Source: Eledone cirrhosa
Lineage: Eukaryota
DNA length: 64,000 nt
Direction: 5' to 3'
Assembly: GCA_964016885.1 (NCBI GenBank)
Contig: OZ024743.1
Coordinates: 123,814,001 to 123,878,000, forward strand
Part shown: positions 41,455 to 53,173 of the stretch, in pieces
How the letters are laid out: each line of letters opens with the position of its first letter
Numbering within the stretch: the stretch's first letter is position 1
Position numbers and translations under genes: made by a program
The notes under the pieces: generated by a model
Told to the model about the DNA's origin: nothing
Databases searched by the model: none
Seen by the model: only the letters and a program-made list of their open reading frames with translations

Positions 41455-43492
41455 CTGTTCTTACAGGATCACTGTGCTACCAACAACATCATAACACCTG
41501 AGCAAGCTGGTGGAAAGAGGGAGGTGTGGGGTTGCATAGATCACCTACTAACTAACAAAATGATTCAGGAAAAACAACAAAGAATCGCAGAAACATGACT
41601 GTGGTGTGGCTGGACTATCAAAAAGCATTTGATAGTGTACCTCATGGGTGGATTATTAAGGCTTTACAGTTAGCTAAAGTCCCACAACCATTGGTAGCTG
41701 CTGTTGAACGCCTGATCAAGAACTGGTACACCAATTTGATCCTTAGAGGTGAGAAGGAGCAGGTTAAGACTGATAAGATACATTACCAGAAGGGCATCTT
41801 TCAGGGTGATAGCTTGTCAGTGCTACTCTTCGTTCTCTCACTGAATCCACTATCTTACCTACTCAGGAAACAGGGTGGACAAAGAAGTAGGCCCAGAAGT
41901 ATCTCCCATCTTTTCTTTGTTGATGACCTGAAGTTGTATGGGCCAAATATCAATGACATCAAGAAACAATTGGACCTCATTACACAATTTTCAACCGACA
42001 TCAAAATGAAATTTGGTGAGTCCAAGTGTGCATATTTGGCAGTAAAACGTGGAAGAGCTGTGCCCTCCTCTAGAAATCTAGAGATGAACGGCCTGACAAT
42101 AAACCTCTGCAGTCAGGTGACAACTACAGATATCTTGGACAGGATGAGAATGTCAGATATGATGGACCCATAAATAAGGAGAGAACCAGAACTGAATACC
42201 TCAGAAGAGTAAAGAAAATATGGTCATCAGAACTGTCAACGTACAACAAGTACATTGCCCACAATACTTATGCTGTGTCAATTCTAACGCCAACATTTGG
42301 CCTGCTGAACTGGTCATTACAAGAACTAATTGAGATGGATGTTAGAACTCGCAAACTTCTCAGTGTTACTGGGAACTTTAACATCAATGGTGATGAGGAT
42401 AGGCTATACTTCTCACGCAAGGAAGGTGGCCGGGCTCTAAAATCCATATTAACATCATATGAGACTGAAGCAAAAAGGGTTGGCAACCATCTTGCCCAGG
42501 TTTATGAGCATGAAGAAAAAATATTAGGATAGCCACTGATCTGGAGGAGAGATATGGAATAAAGCCTGATATAAATCTCTCACCCAGAGAAATCGGAAGA
42601 TCCTATTCAATGTTCAAACAAGATGAAAAAATTGATCAATTTACAGAAAAAGTTGTGCACGGATACTTGAGACGCAAAACACAGACCATAGAGGGGATAA
42701 ACCACTCAAAAAGCCTGGCATGGAGTTCCGACAAGTTTATGACATCACACCTTGAGGGATATCTCTATGCAATACAGGGACAAGAACTCCCTACAAAATA
42801 TCTGCTGCACAAAAGAGCAGGGCCATCAGCTGACAATAAATTCAGGCTATGTAAAACAAAGATCGAAGATGTAAGCCACATTGTTGCTAGCTGCGAAAGA
42901 ATGTCATCTCGCTACTACTTCCCCATGACACACGATGGGATAGCTAGAACCATCTGGAACGCACTTCGGAAAACAAAATTAACAACAAACGAGGAAGAAT
43001 ATATTGAGACAGATGGCACTAAGGAATACTGGTGGAACCTGAAAATAAAAACAGCCACCAAATTAAAGCACAACCGGCCTGATATTGTTGTTTGGGACCA
43101 CACATTGAAAACGTGTTCTGTTTTGGAGATCAGCTGCCCAATTGATGTAAACGTTGTCAGAAAAATACAGGAGAAGGAGGACATCTACGGACCATTGATG
43201 AGGAGTTTACAAATCCAGTATCCAAGATACACATTTAGCTTCATACCCATCATTATTGGAGCTACGGGTCATATACCAACCCGCTTGGACCAATGTATAA
43301 CTGAACTTGGATTTGCGGACAAAGAGCGCAGCTCCCTAATTCATAGTCTACAAATGGCTGCGATAGCTGGCACCTTCAAAATTTGCAAAACATTCTTGCG
43401 ATTCAAGGGATGACAATTTCTTTTCTTTTACAACCTTGCCACCAGGAAGGTGGCCGGTCAAAAATATACTCGAAATTAAGAGAAAGAGATAA
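41455..43492 (+). mobile_element. 5'-truncated R4/Dong-type LINE (family 1), RT plus RLE, degraded
   Basis: DYQKAFDSVPH, GIFQGDSLS, FFVDDLKLY; RLE ORF 42610..43413; preceded by (TACA)n and followed by degenerate CATA units. Confidence 0.9.
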
Positions 43493-43709
43493 CATGCATA
43501 CATGTAAGTATGCATACATACATAAGTAGGTTGCTATAGATAATTGCTACATGGCCACTGAACATTTTGTCAACAGTCTGTAATAGATGGGAAAATATCA
43601 AATTACTATTTCCATGTCAAAGTTAGCACTAAGTGGTTGGCATATGACGAATGAATACAACTCGGTAAGACAACCACTTTGTGCTAACTTATGTGGACAA
43701 ATTGTATTT

Positions 43710-43852
<143 letters not shown>

Positions 43853-44486
43853 TGTATATGTACATACATACATACATACATACATACATACATACATACA
43901 TACATACATACATACATACATACATACATACATACATACATACACACACACATATCCATGCTGTTCTGCATTCGTACGCAGATGTGTGTAATATACATGT
44001 TTACCATTATCATTTAATGTTTACAGGAAATTAAGCAATAAATCTAATAACCAGGAACATTATACGATACTCTATCTGATAAATTGCATATCAAGATAAT
44101 AGTAAAGCAAGTAAGTATTAAGAGAAGCTATCGTCTTATATCCTATGTTTCCCAGTTCCCATCAAGCTAGGTGTTATATGCAAGCTAACTTTACTATTAA
44201 GATTACAATTAAGTACACTATTAAGTTTACATTTAAGTGGCGTTTATAATTTGATTTTTTTTAACGGATTATTTTGTTATCGTTCAGAATTGCATTGAGG
44301 TTGAGTTTGTTTATTTATTAATCAAAACAACCGCTTATTGAATTTCCATAGTTGTACATCTTACTTTTCTTGACAAGAATTGTCATTAGCACTAAAGTTG
44401 TTTTTTCCTTTTCATTATGTGAGTAATTTCAATTGATTAATGATTTGTTTTTGTTTATGGCATTAAATATATGACTCGAATCTTAA

Positions 44487-44905
44487 TCTATATATATATA
44501 TAAAACTGAGGTTGTCTGTCTGTCTGTCTACTAAAACGGTCGGCACACATCTCCTCTTAAACCGTACGCTCAAATTTCGGTGAAATTGCTACACTTATAG
44601 ATGAAGGTTCGGCGGAGACATCGGCAAAAACAAATTTCAAATCGACCCACAAAAGTGCAAAAATCGAATTTGTAATGTATTGATTTTTCAGTTCAAATGT
44701 ATAAATAGAGATGAGAGACGAGTTATTTCCCTTTTATGGAACGCGCAGACCGTCAACAAATTTCCACCACTTGCAGACGATCAGATATTTCGATTCTTGT
44801 CAAAATAAGTAGATGCTATAATATTTATTAAAAGTTTAAGCAAAGAATCACTGATTTCACCGTTAAGCAGCGATTCTCTGCTTAAACTTTAATCTGTTAT
44901 TTTAA
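44487..44905 (+). mobile_element. Non-autonomous Helitron 5' portion
   Basis: A|TCTATATATA..AAAACTGAGGTTGTCTGTCTGTC is a typical 5'-TC end with (GTCT)n; 3' end not seen. Confidence 0.55.
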
Positions 44906-44911
44906 TATATA

Positions 44912-46037
44912 CTAGCAGCAGGACCCGGCGTTGCACGGGGATGCAACACGCATATGCAAAGATTGAGGAATGTATCTGTGTACTTTTTGAATTCCCTTAT
45001 TCTCAGGGAATGATTGTTCATCTACTGGAAACGTAGAACACCAGCAGGCAGAATCCAGTAGTAGCGGTGTCAGTGGGCTGATTACGGAAATCCTGTATGC
45101 GAAAGAAGTAAGTAAGTGTTGTGGGGCGATGTATGTCGTAAGTCTGTTCACGAATTACCTCACAGATGGGGAACACACGTCAGTCTGACGGAGTGACGTA
45201 GTCATTTGTGTGAAAACCAAGTAGGGATGAACGTTTAAGTAGGGATATTGAGATGACGAAATCAACGTGGCAACGCAGCTGCAGCAGAAGGGGGTCATAG
45301 TGCAATTAGTACAAATGCTGGGCGGCACTGGTTGCACTGCATTTACACAGCAACAAAGGTGCGACAAAAGGGGTCACTGTGGAATTAGCACAACCGCTGT
45401 TCAGCGTACTTGCGCAGAACGTTCATACTGCAGTGTAGGTGCAACAAAAGGGGTCTTAATAGAAGTAGCACAGACGTGAGTTTTACGGTGTCAATAACAC
45501 GGCAATGTACACAGGGACCGGATTTGTGCGTCAACAGGGTGCCGACAAATATTTTAAGGTCCTCCTCATTTCCTCAACCCCACGAAAATGGTCCTGCTTA
45601 AAAGTAAGTAAGTGTTGTGTTCTCTGTTAAATAAACCAAATTGTTTAACGAAATATTATACGTTACTTACGATGTTTAAGTAGCGTTTATATTGAAAATG
45701 AAAAAGGCATATAATGCCCAATGCTAATTCGTAAATTTCCTAGAAACCATTAATGGAATCGGAAATCTTTTGTCCACAGCAATATGAGGGGACTAACTAA
45801 TGTGTGCTGCAAATTTCGAGGAAATCGGTTGGATTATCTTTAAGTAACGCCTCAAAAAAATACTAAAAATGCCTTTAAAATGCGGTTATTCGCATAATGC
45901 GGACCCTAGGGCAGAAAAAGTTAACATTTTTTTAGCCCATTGCACTTCAAGAAATATAAGTAACGTATGTGTAAAGTTTGAAAAAAGTCGGTTGGGTACT
46001 TCTCGAGTTTTAGGGATTTACACAGACAGACATTCTC

Positions 46038-46055
<18 letters not shown>
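44912..46055 (-). mobile_element. ~1.14-kb non-autonomous Helitron
   Basis: 3' end cccgtgcaacgccggg hairpin, then tcctgctgCTAG|T; reverse-complement copy of 62395..63529. Confidence 0.85.
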
Positions 46056-46092
<37 letters not shown>

Positions 46093-46093
<1 letters not shown>

Positions 46094-49000
46094 TAACAAA
46101 TGCCCCCCGTCCATTGGACGGTGTTAGTTCTCGGTAGGACTGCAGTCTTAATGGTGAAATTCCGTTTTGTCGATGGAGGATAATTTTACGTGATCAACTC
46201 TTTCAATCAAAAATGAGACGGTATTCAAAAAGAGCATGTTTTATTTACAGATATCTGTCATTAAAATGTGAAAATAGAGAAATATCGAAAATAGAAAATA
46301 GAGAAAAATGGAATTATCGTTTGGAATGTCGTTTAATTGACTGAATGGCTGAAGAATCGGTACAAAAAGCATAGACGACAGTTCGGTTGACATGAAGTCA
46401 ATCTGTAAGAAACTACATGTTTAATTGAATTATGAAATAACCTGGGGCATGTGGAAGGATGTCCATTGAAATGAAAAAATGGTTGATTTCATCAATGTGC
46501 ATTTGTTGGAAGAGTAACATTACTTATTGTGAAAAGTAAGTAATCGCAATAAGGATCAACCTGAAGGGGCTTTCAACTCCACGGAAAAACTATTGGAGGG
46601 CTGCCTTGTAAACCACATTTTTTGTCAATCTTCCGGGAGCATAGTAAAAGAGATTGGCCGAGTTTCCAAATACTACTATTTGTAGGAGCTAAGATGGCCC
46701 TTTCACACATCCATTGATGACTGACGTAATTTGTTGAGAGGTCGGGGTAAACTCTTGTGCAAATGTCCTCAGGGCTGGAGACGTAGTTACCGATGGTAGT
46801 TATGTCAACCAAACCGTTTACGTCGATTGGTAAGTTCCCATTACCAACATCCAATAACTTTGAAGCAAAGTAATTGTCACCGTCTTGTTGGTGGAGAATC
46901 GATCGCATGTTGATGGTTAACTTTCTCGACTGGACGAAGCGCCAAAGATGAGAATGTTTAATGCAAGCATCTATTTCATCAACTGGTTGGCCTTTTGGGA
47001 CAATGGGAAGAGTTTGACGAAAATCCCCAGCAAGAAGCTGAACGACGCCACCGAAGGGTTGAGAGTTGTAGCGCAGGTCTTGTAGCGTTGTATTCATTGC
47101 ATCCAGTGCATTCTTGTGGGACATTGTTGCTTAGTCCCAGACAATCAATTTGCATTTTTGAAAGACAGCAGCCTCATCAGAATCCTTCTTTATATTGGTG
47201 GTCAGATTTTCAACATGACCGATGTTAAGGGGAAGCTTAAATGTTGAATGGACTGTTCTGCCGCCGTCTAGCAGTGTTGCTGCTATTCCTGAAGACGCCA
47301 TTGCCATGACAATCTGTCCACGTTGGCGAACTTTGGCAAGAAGGAGATTGAGGAGAAATGTCTTTGCTGTGCCACCTGGCGCATCAAGGAAGTAGATGCC
47401 ACCGCTGGTGTCTTCAAGCATGGTCAAAACAAAAGTATAGACATCAGCTTGTTCAAGATTCAAAAGTTTTTCTCTTTTTTGAACGTAGGACAGAAGCCTG
47501 GCAGCATCGTAGCATGTCTCCCTTAGTAGGGGGCAGTTACAAACAGCCTCATTTTCTCTTTTAGGGGATTCCATACAGTAGTTCTTCAAGGGACGGCCAC
47601 CCATTTCCAAAAGTATAAGTATATCTTTTAGAGACCGCAGTTGTACATTTCAGGTGTAAACTGTAAATTCATGTGTGTGGACGCGAAGCGAGATTGCATT
47701 AGGATGTCCAAGCACATGCTGTCGCGATATTTCTCCCAGAAAGACTATGGATTCCCACCAGTATAACGGCGAAAAGCTTTCGAAGTGCAATTGGTGACTG
47801 CAACATTGATGCTTCATGGAGGGCGTGGTCATAGTGGTCATCATTGTCGAGAAGACCTAATTTGGAGCAGGCCTCTTTAAATGTTGAACAAATATGACCA
47901 TTGAAGGTACGAAGGTCTTCAAAGGAAGTTAGACCTTTGACAACGTGCAATAGAAGACGAAAGAATAGAAGGTGAGAGCATTCTGAATTGAGCGGGTGAA
48001 CTGTGTACACTCTTGAGAGAGCATCAGACTCACGCATCGAAGCATCCCTTTGTGAAATGCGTCCTCGCTTTCTTCTTTGAAGATTTATTCCACGTGTAGA
48101 ATGTAGACAACTCCGCATAAAGAAGTGTTCTGGCAAGAGAGTCAGAAGTACAAAGTTCAAAGAATCCGGTAAGGGTCGTTCTTCGAGGTTGTCTTGCACA
48201 GTCAAGCATATTTTCTTGGTTAAAATACACCCGTTGACCATTCTCCAAATAAACGCTGAGGTGAATAATTGCAGGTTCATGGATCGGAAAACCAAATATG
48301 CGCCAAAATGCCTCGTTAGAAGAGATGTAGCGTCCAGTTTGGAAAAATGAGACTTCATCTGTGGCGGCATCAGGGTTATCGGTCTTAGCTAACTCAATAA
48401 CTGATCGATCGGCTCCCTTATGAACATACTTGCAGATGTATTGGATTGATTTTACGGAGTTGCAGAATTCAACATTAATGTGGGCTGAAAACATTTTACA
48501 AAGCACCTTGTTATGTGGTACAACGCATCGGTTGTCGATATTGAAATCTTGACCACCAACCATTGTTACAGTTGCCGTATGTCTACCCTCCTGCAGTGCC
48601 CTGCGACGGTATAAGGGGTAGCCATCATCACCAGTTTTTGTTTCATGGATAAGTTTACGTGGGTAACGCTTTGTACATTTCCCATTATCGTACATGCAGA
48701 TTTTGGATTTAGGTGGCCACACGGTCCATGGATCATGTTGGCTTTTATAATTTGAAAAAGGACAAGGTCTTTTGGGGGATGTGGCAGTTCAGCACTTATA
48801 ACGGAATCAACATCAGTTGACATGAGTTTTTTTTAAGCCAAAGGAGAATATGGGCATGTGGGAGTCCTCTCTTCTGCCATTTTACGGTGTACATGAAACA
48901 CCTTACTGGTCCAAAAAGTTGTCCGTATTTTATAACATCCATCATTTTCATAAGCTTTAGGTGAAACACTCTAGATGTGATATCATGCCTGTGTGAAGGA

Positions 49001-51008
49001 TTTTGGCCATGAAGTAAGTGAGACTGGATGTCAAACCATTTTGGATTGCATGTGAAGGTGATAAAAAGATCAGGACGGCCACAATGGCGGACATAGGTGA
49101 GAACATCCTACATTTGTTCATGCATGTAACGGGGTCCTCTAGTGTATGACGATGGGAGAATGACAGAAAGCCCAACATCCGAAGCAATAACCTGATCATT
49201 TCGGTTGACTTCGTCACGTAGATGGCCGTATTCTTCTGAACGCAGTTCCTTTTGATGGTGTCTTATCCATTGGAGGCGTTCAGTGTCAATCTGGAAAAGG
49301 AAGAAATTGTTGTGGTAAATATTGAGTGAACTGGCTGAGGAAATTTTCTGAACGAAATCATAAAATAAGAAATAGTTACCTTAGCAAATACGTCTACACA
49401 GTATTGATTGAGGAGCATCCGTGTTCTATGCAGAATGTTGATGTCGTTTTTGCGAACCATAAGCCTAAATGCATAAAATTCCATTTGTGAAATGGTTTTC
49501 CGTGGTTGAAGATACATTAAAGTTACCGGATTACAATTTGGCAAGTCAATGCGGTAGCCATCGTCGCCAAAGGGGAACAGTAATGGATATTGGAGGGCAT
49601 CATATGCAGGATGAAGTTCATTTATTTTTTGAAGACGCGAGTCTTGCCATTCAAGAACAATATCACGATTTGAAGCACTCTCATTAGGACTTGTTATAAG
49701 CACCGCAACTTAATCGGTTTGGGGTCTGTTAAAGGAACCCTGATGCTGCCCTGTCGGAGCGTGGTCACCTCGAATAACAACCTTGAATTGATTGGTGTTA
49801 ACATCTCTACGCTGAAAAGCAGTTTTGAAAATGGTGACGTAGGGGTTTATGGTATGAAGCATATATTGAAGAGGCTGCAGAAGAAAAAGTATTGTTCCTT
49901 TAGCAACTGAAGCTCTTCGTGCAGTTTCTTCAGGTTCGTTCCCCATAAAGTATATCTGGAGAAAACTGTGTTCATCGTCATCTTGTGGAATAAGGGAGCC
50001 AATTTGATGGTAAATTTGGCCTTGCACTTTGAATGTGGGCATATAATTTCCATGTTTTATTGGTGTATGACCAAAGCTTGTCATTTGGAAAGCCAAATTG
50101 TAGGCTCTTATATTTCTAAGAAAGTATTTAGAATCAGGGTGGTCTCCAAGCAGCAGAGAATTCAAAGGTTTGGCACCGACTTGTAAATGAAGCAATCTAA
50201 CCGTTCCATTGGAGCAGTATATACCGGTAGATTCTGCTGTCCACCTCATTGTGTTACAATGAACGCAAACAGTTGACATGCTACTAATGATGATATGTGG
50301 GTGGGATGCGTAGTCCTCTTGGAGGCTGTAATGAAAAGCCTTCTTAGACCAGTAACAGGAAGAAACCCTCGGAAAGACATGAAAACGCATTTTCCGCTGA
50401 GAATCAGCCGCAAGTCTTGTTGCCCTTTGGTCAACAGTCTCTAAAGCACGGCTATTTGAAGTAGAAGCAGCATCGCAAGCAAGCCGGAGTTCGGCTTGTT
50501 CAGCAGTCTGTAATGCTCTGGCCTTCGAAGTAGAAGTAGCATTGCGAGCAAGCTGGAGTTCTGCTTGTTCAGTTGTCTGTAATTCTCTGGCGATCGAAGT
50601 AGAAGCAGAATTGCGAGCACGCCGTAGCATACATTGTTCTTCTGTCTCGCTTGCGTGCAAAGAACGCAAAGCAAAAGCATTTCTTGTTTTTCTTCCAATG
50701 TGACTCTTGCTTTTTCGAGGCATTCTATGGAAAATCTGTAATTGAATAAATCTGAAACAAATCAAATCAAAGAAATTCACCTCGTTGCTGTTGACACCGT
50801 TGCTGTTGACACTTACTTACTTTTAAGCAGGACCATTTTCGTGGGGTTGAGGAAATGGGGAGGACCTTAAAATATTTGTCGGCACCCTGTTGATGCTTCG
50901 TACTTTCATCACGCACAAATCCGGGCCCTGTGTACGTTGTCGTGTTATTGACACCGTAAAACTCACGTCTGTGCTACTTCTACTAAGACCCCTTTTGTTG
51001 CACCTACA
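46093..51008 (-). mobile_element. Degraded autonomous Helitron, 5' end missing
   Basis: RepHel gene; 3' hairpin ccgtccaatggacgg (46107-46121) then TTAG|T at 46093. Confidence 0.88.
46573..50723 (-). pseudogene. Helitron RepHel (HUH Rep + PIF1 helicase), frameshifted, helicase incomplete
   Basis: YNLAFQMTS, YDALQYPLLFP, WQKRGLPHAHILLWL (HUH, about 48835-48880), YICKYVHKG, DAPGGT, SSGIAATLL, AGDFRQTLP, ERAILAPTN; intron 49291-49379. Confidence 0.93.
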
Positions 51009-51905
51009 CAACACTTTCCCAAAGTATATAGCTAATGTCCTATAACATTTTCCACGAATAACGGTTAATTTTTTACACATTTTTTTACACATTCTTTTTA
51101 CACATATTTCAATATTTTCTACAATGTATTAATTCAGTTTCTCAGCATATATTAAGTCTTTGACCTTTTTTCGATAGCCTTAGATTTTCGTTCAAACCTT
51201 CGTAGATTTTGTAAACAAATTATGACGTCATATGTTTTTCTACGTTTATAAATCATTCTAGCAATTTCCTTTATTTACTTGTTGATATAAAATAAAAATT
51301 AAATAGTATACCCCACATATATAGATTTTTAATAGAAATGTTTAATTTTGACATAGAATATTTTTATTTTTTTATTTAATTTTATTTTATAAAAATCTTT
51401 TTCATACTTATTTTAATTTAATTTAATTTTGATTAATTTTATTTTATTAATACATTTTTACACTTCTTAATCCAATTTTTAGTATTTAAATCCAATATAA
51501 AATAATATACCCAGTTTCTATATTTTAGACCTCTAATATTTGAATACCATCTATAATTGTTTCTACGTTTTGGCACAAGGCCAGCAAATACCCAGTGCAT
51601 TACTGGTACTTTATTTTATCGACCCCTTTATTTTATCGCGCATACACCTCATTAATTTACTTTTTAACCGTTATTTACAGCTTGTTTCATTTTGACAGCA
51701 TTCCTGATCAAAAGTCTCTCTCTCTCTCTCTCTTTCTCTTTCTCTCTCTTCCTTCTTTCTTTTTTCCTTTTTTTTTTCCTTTTTCCTCTCTTCACTTTCT
51801 TTTTCTTCTATTTTCCTATCTTTTTCTTACTCTTATATTTCTGTAATATGTAAACTTTCTACTTTCCTGTTGACAAGTGTTTTTAGGCCTCATATCATGT
51901 TACCT

Positions 51906-51975
51906 TATTTTATCAGATGAGAACACAATTTTTGTCCCAGGATGATGTTGTTTTCGAAATGCGCATAATAAAATA
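51906..51975 (+). ncRNA. Degenerate minimal hammerhead ribozyme (Penelope pLTR-type relic)
   Basis: Stem I TATTTTAT/ATAAAATA; core CAGATGA (U>A); weak stem II; GAAAT-GCGC-ATA. Confidence 0.62.
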
Positions 51976-52012
51976 TATGGAACTTTTTTAACCATCTTTT
52001 AATTTCTTCTTA

Positions 52013-52112
<100 letters not shown>

Positions 52113-53173
52113 TTCGAGCTTAATGAGTTTATGTCATTTGAAATAGAAACAGAAAGTCATTAATATAATGGTACATCTTTTTCTTTTTTCTAGGGTTGCT
52201 GAATCTAGAGCAATGTGGTAATCATATATAGTGATATCCAGAATGTGATAATATTTTGTTATCCTCTCTATTTTTTTCTATTTTCCCTAAATTAGACATA
52301 ACAGAGACATTACCATATATACTCAAATATCAACTGATCTAAATATAATCTAAACTCCTATTTTATGCCTGAGAAATGGGCAGAAATCGAAAACCCGTTT
52401 ATAAGGTGAGGTAGCTAATCAACACATTATGTTTAGATGGTGTGATTTTGAAATACTCATGAGTATTAAATATATTTATGAAGTTTTAATATTTTGATGT
52501 TTAAAATGTTTTAAGTGTCGTTTAAAATATAGTTTTTGTTTCACAACTCCATTATGTAATGCATTTTTACCATTTCATTCGTTTTATAGTTTCAACAAGT
52601 TTCTCAAACTTTTATTTACTTCTGGCCACTCACATACTGGGAGTAGTTGAAAGTAAACAATCGAATAAGAGAACTTTGTATAGGAATTCATTGAGTAGAA
52701 GTGGGAGAGAGAGACAGCAAGTAAGAGAGAGAGGAGAGATAGAGAAAGAAAAAGAGAGGGAGAGAGAGAGCAATAAAATAAAATCAGATTTCTATCTTAC
52801 GTTTTTAAGCATTATAGGGGTGCAGATGATAACATGTTCATTTTGTAGACTTGCTATCAAAGAAAATTATTTTTTCGTAACAAAGCAATTTATTTGTCTT
52901 TATTTTCCTCTAATAATATATATCTTTCTTTATTTGCCACAGGGGCGTACAAAAATGGGACATTACAAGACGTGACGGCGGGGGTTTTACATAAAAATAA
53001 CTTTAACATTAATAAATAACAATAAACTATATATAATAAAATAACAATTGAAATCCCCAATAGGGGGGGGCGTTACTGCAGGGTTGTTTTACACCCCGTG
53101 GATAGAACAACCCTCAACACCAGGAACACGTTTTGTAGGTGTTGCTGTCTTCCCTCTGTTTATCTTCCTCAAC

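Noticed and set aside
52194-52217. 24-nt plus-strand micro-exon (TTTTTTCTAG|..|GTAATC)
   Set aside because: Isolated, modest donor, no partner exons or homology recognisable
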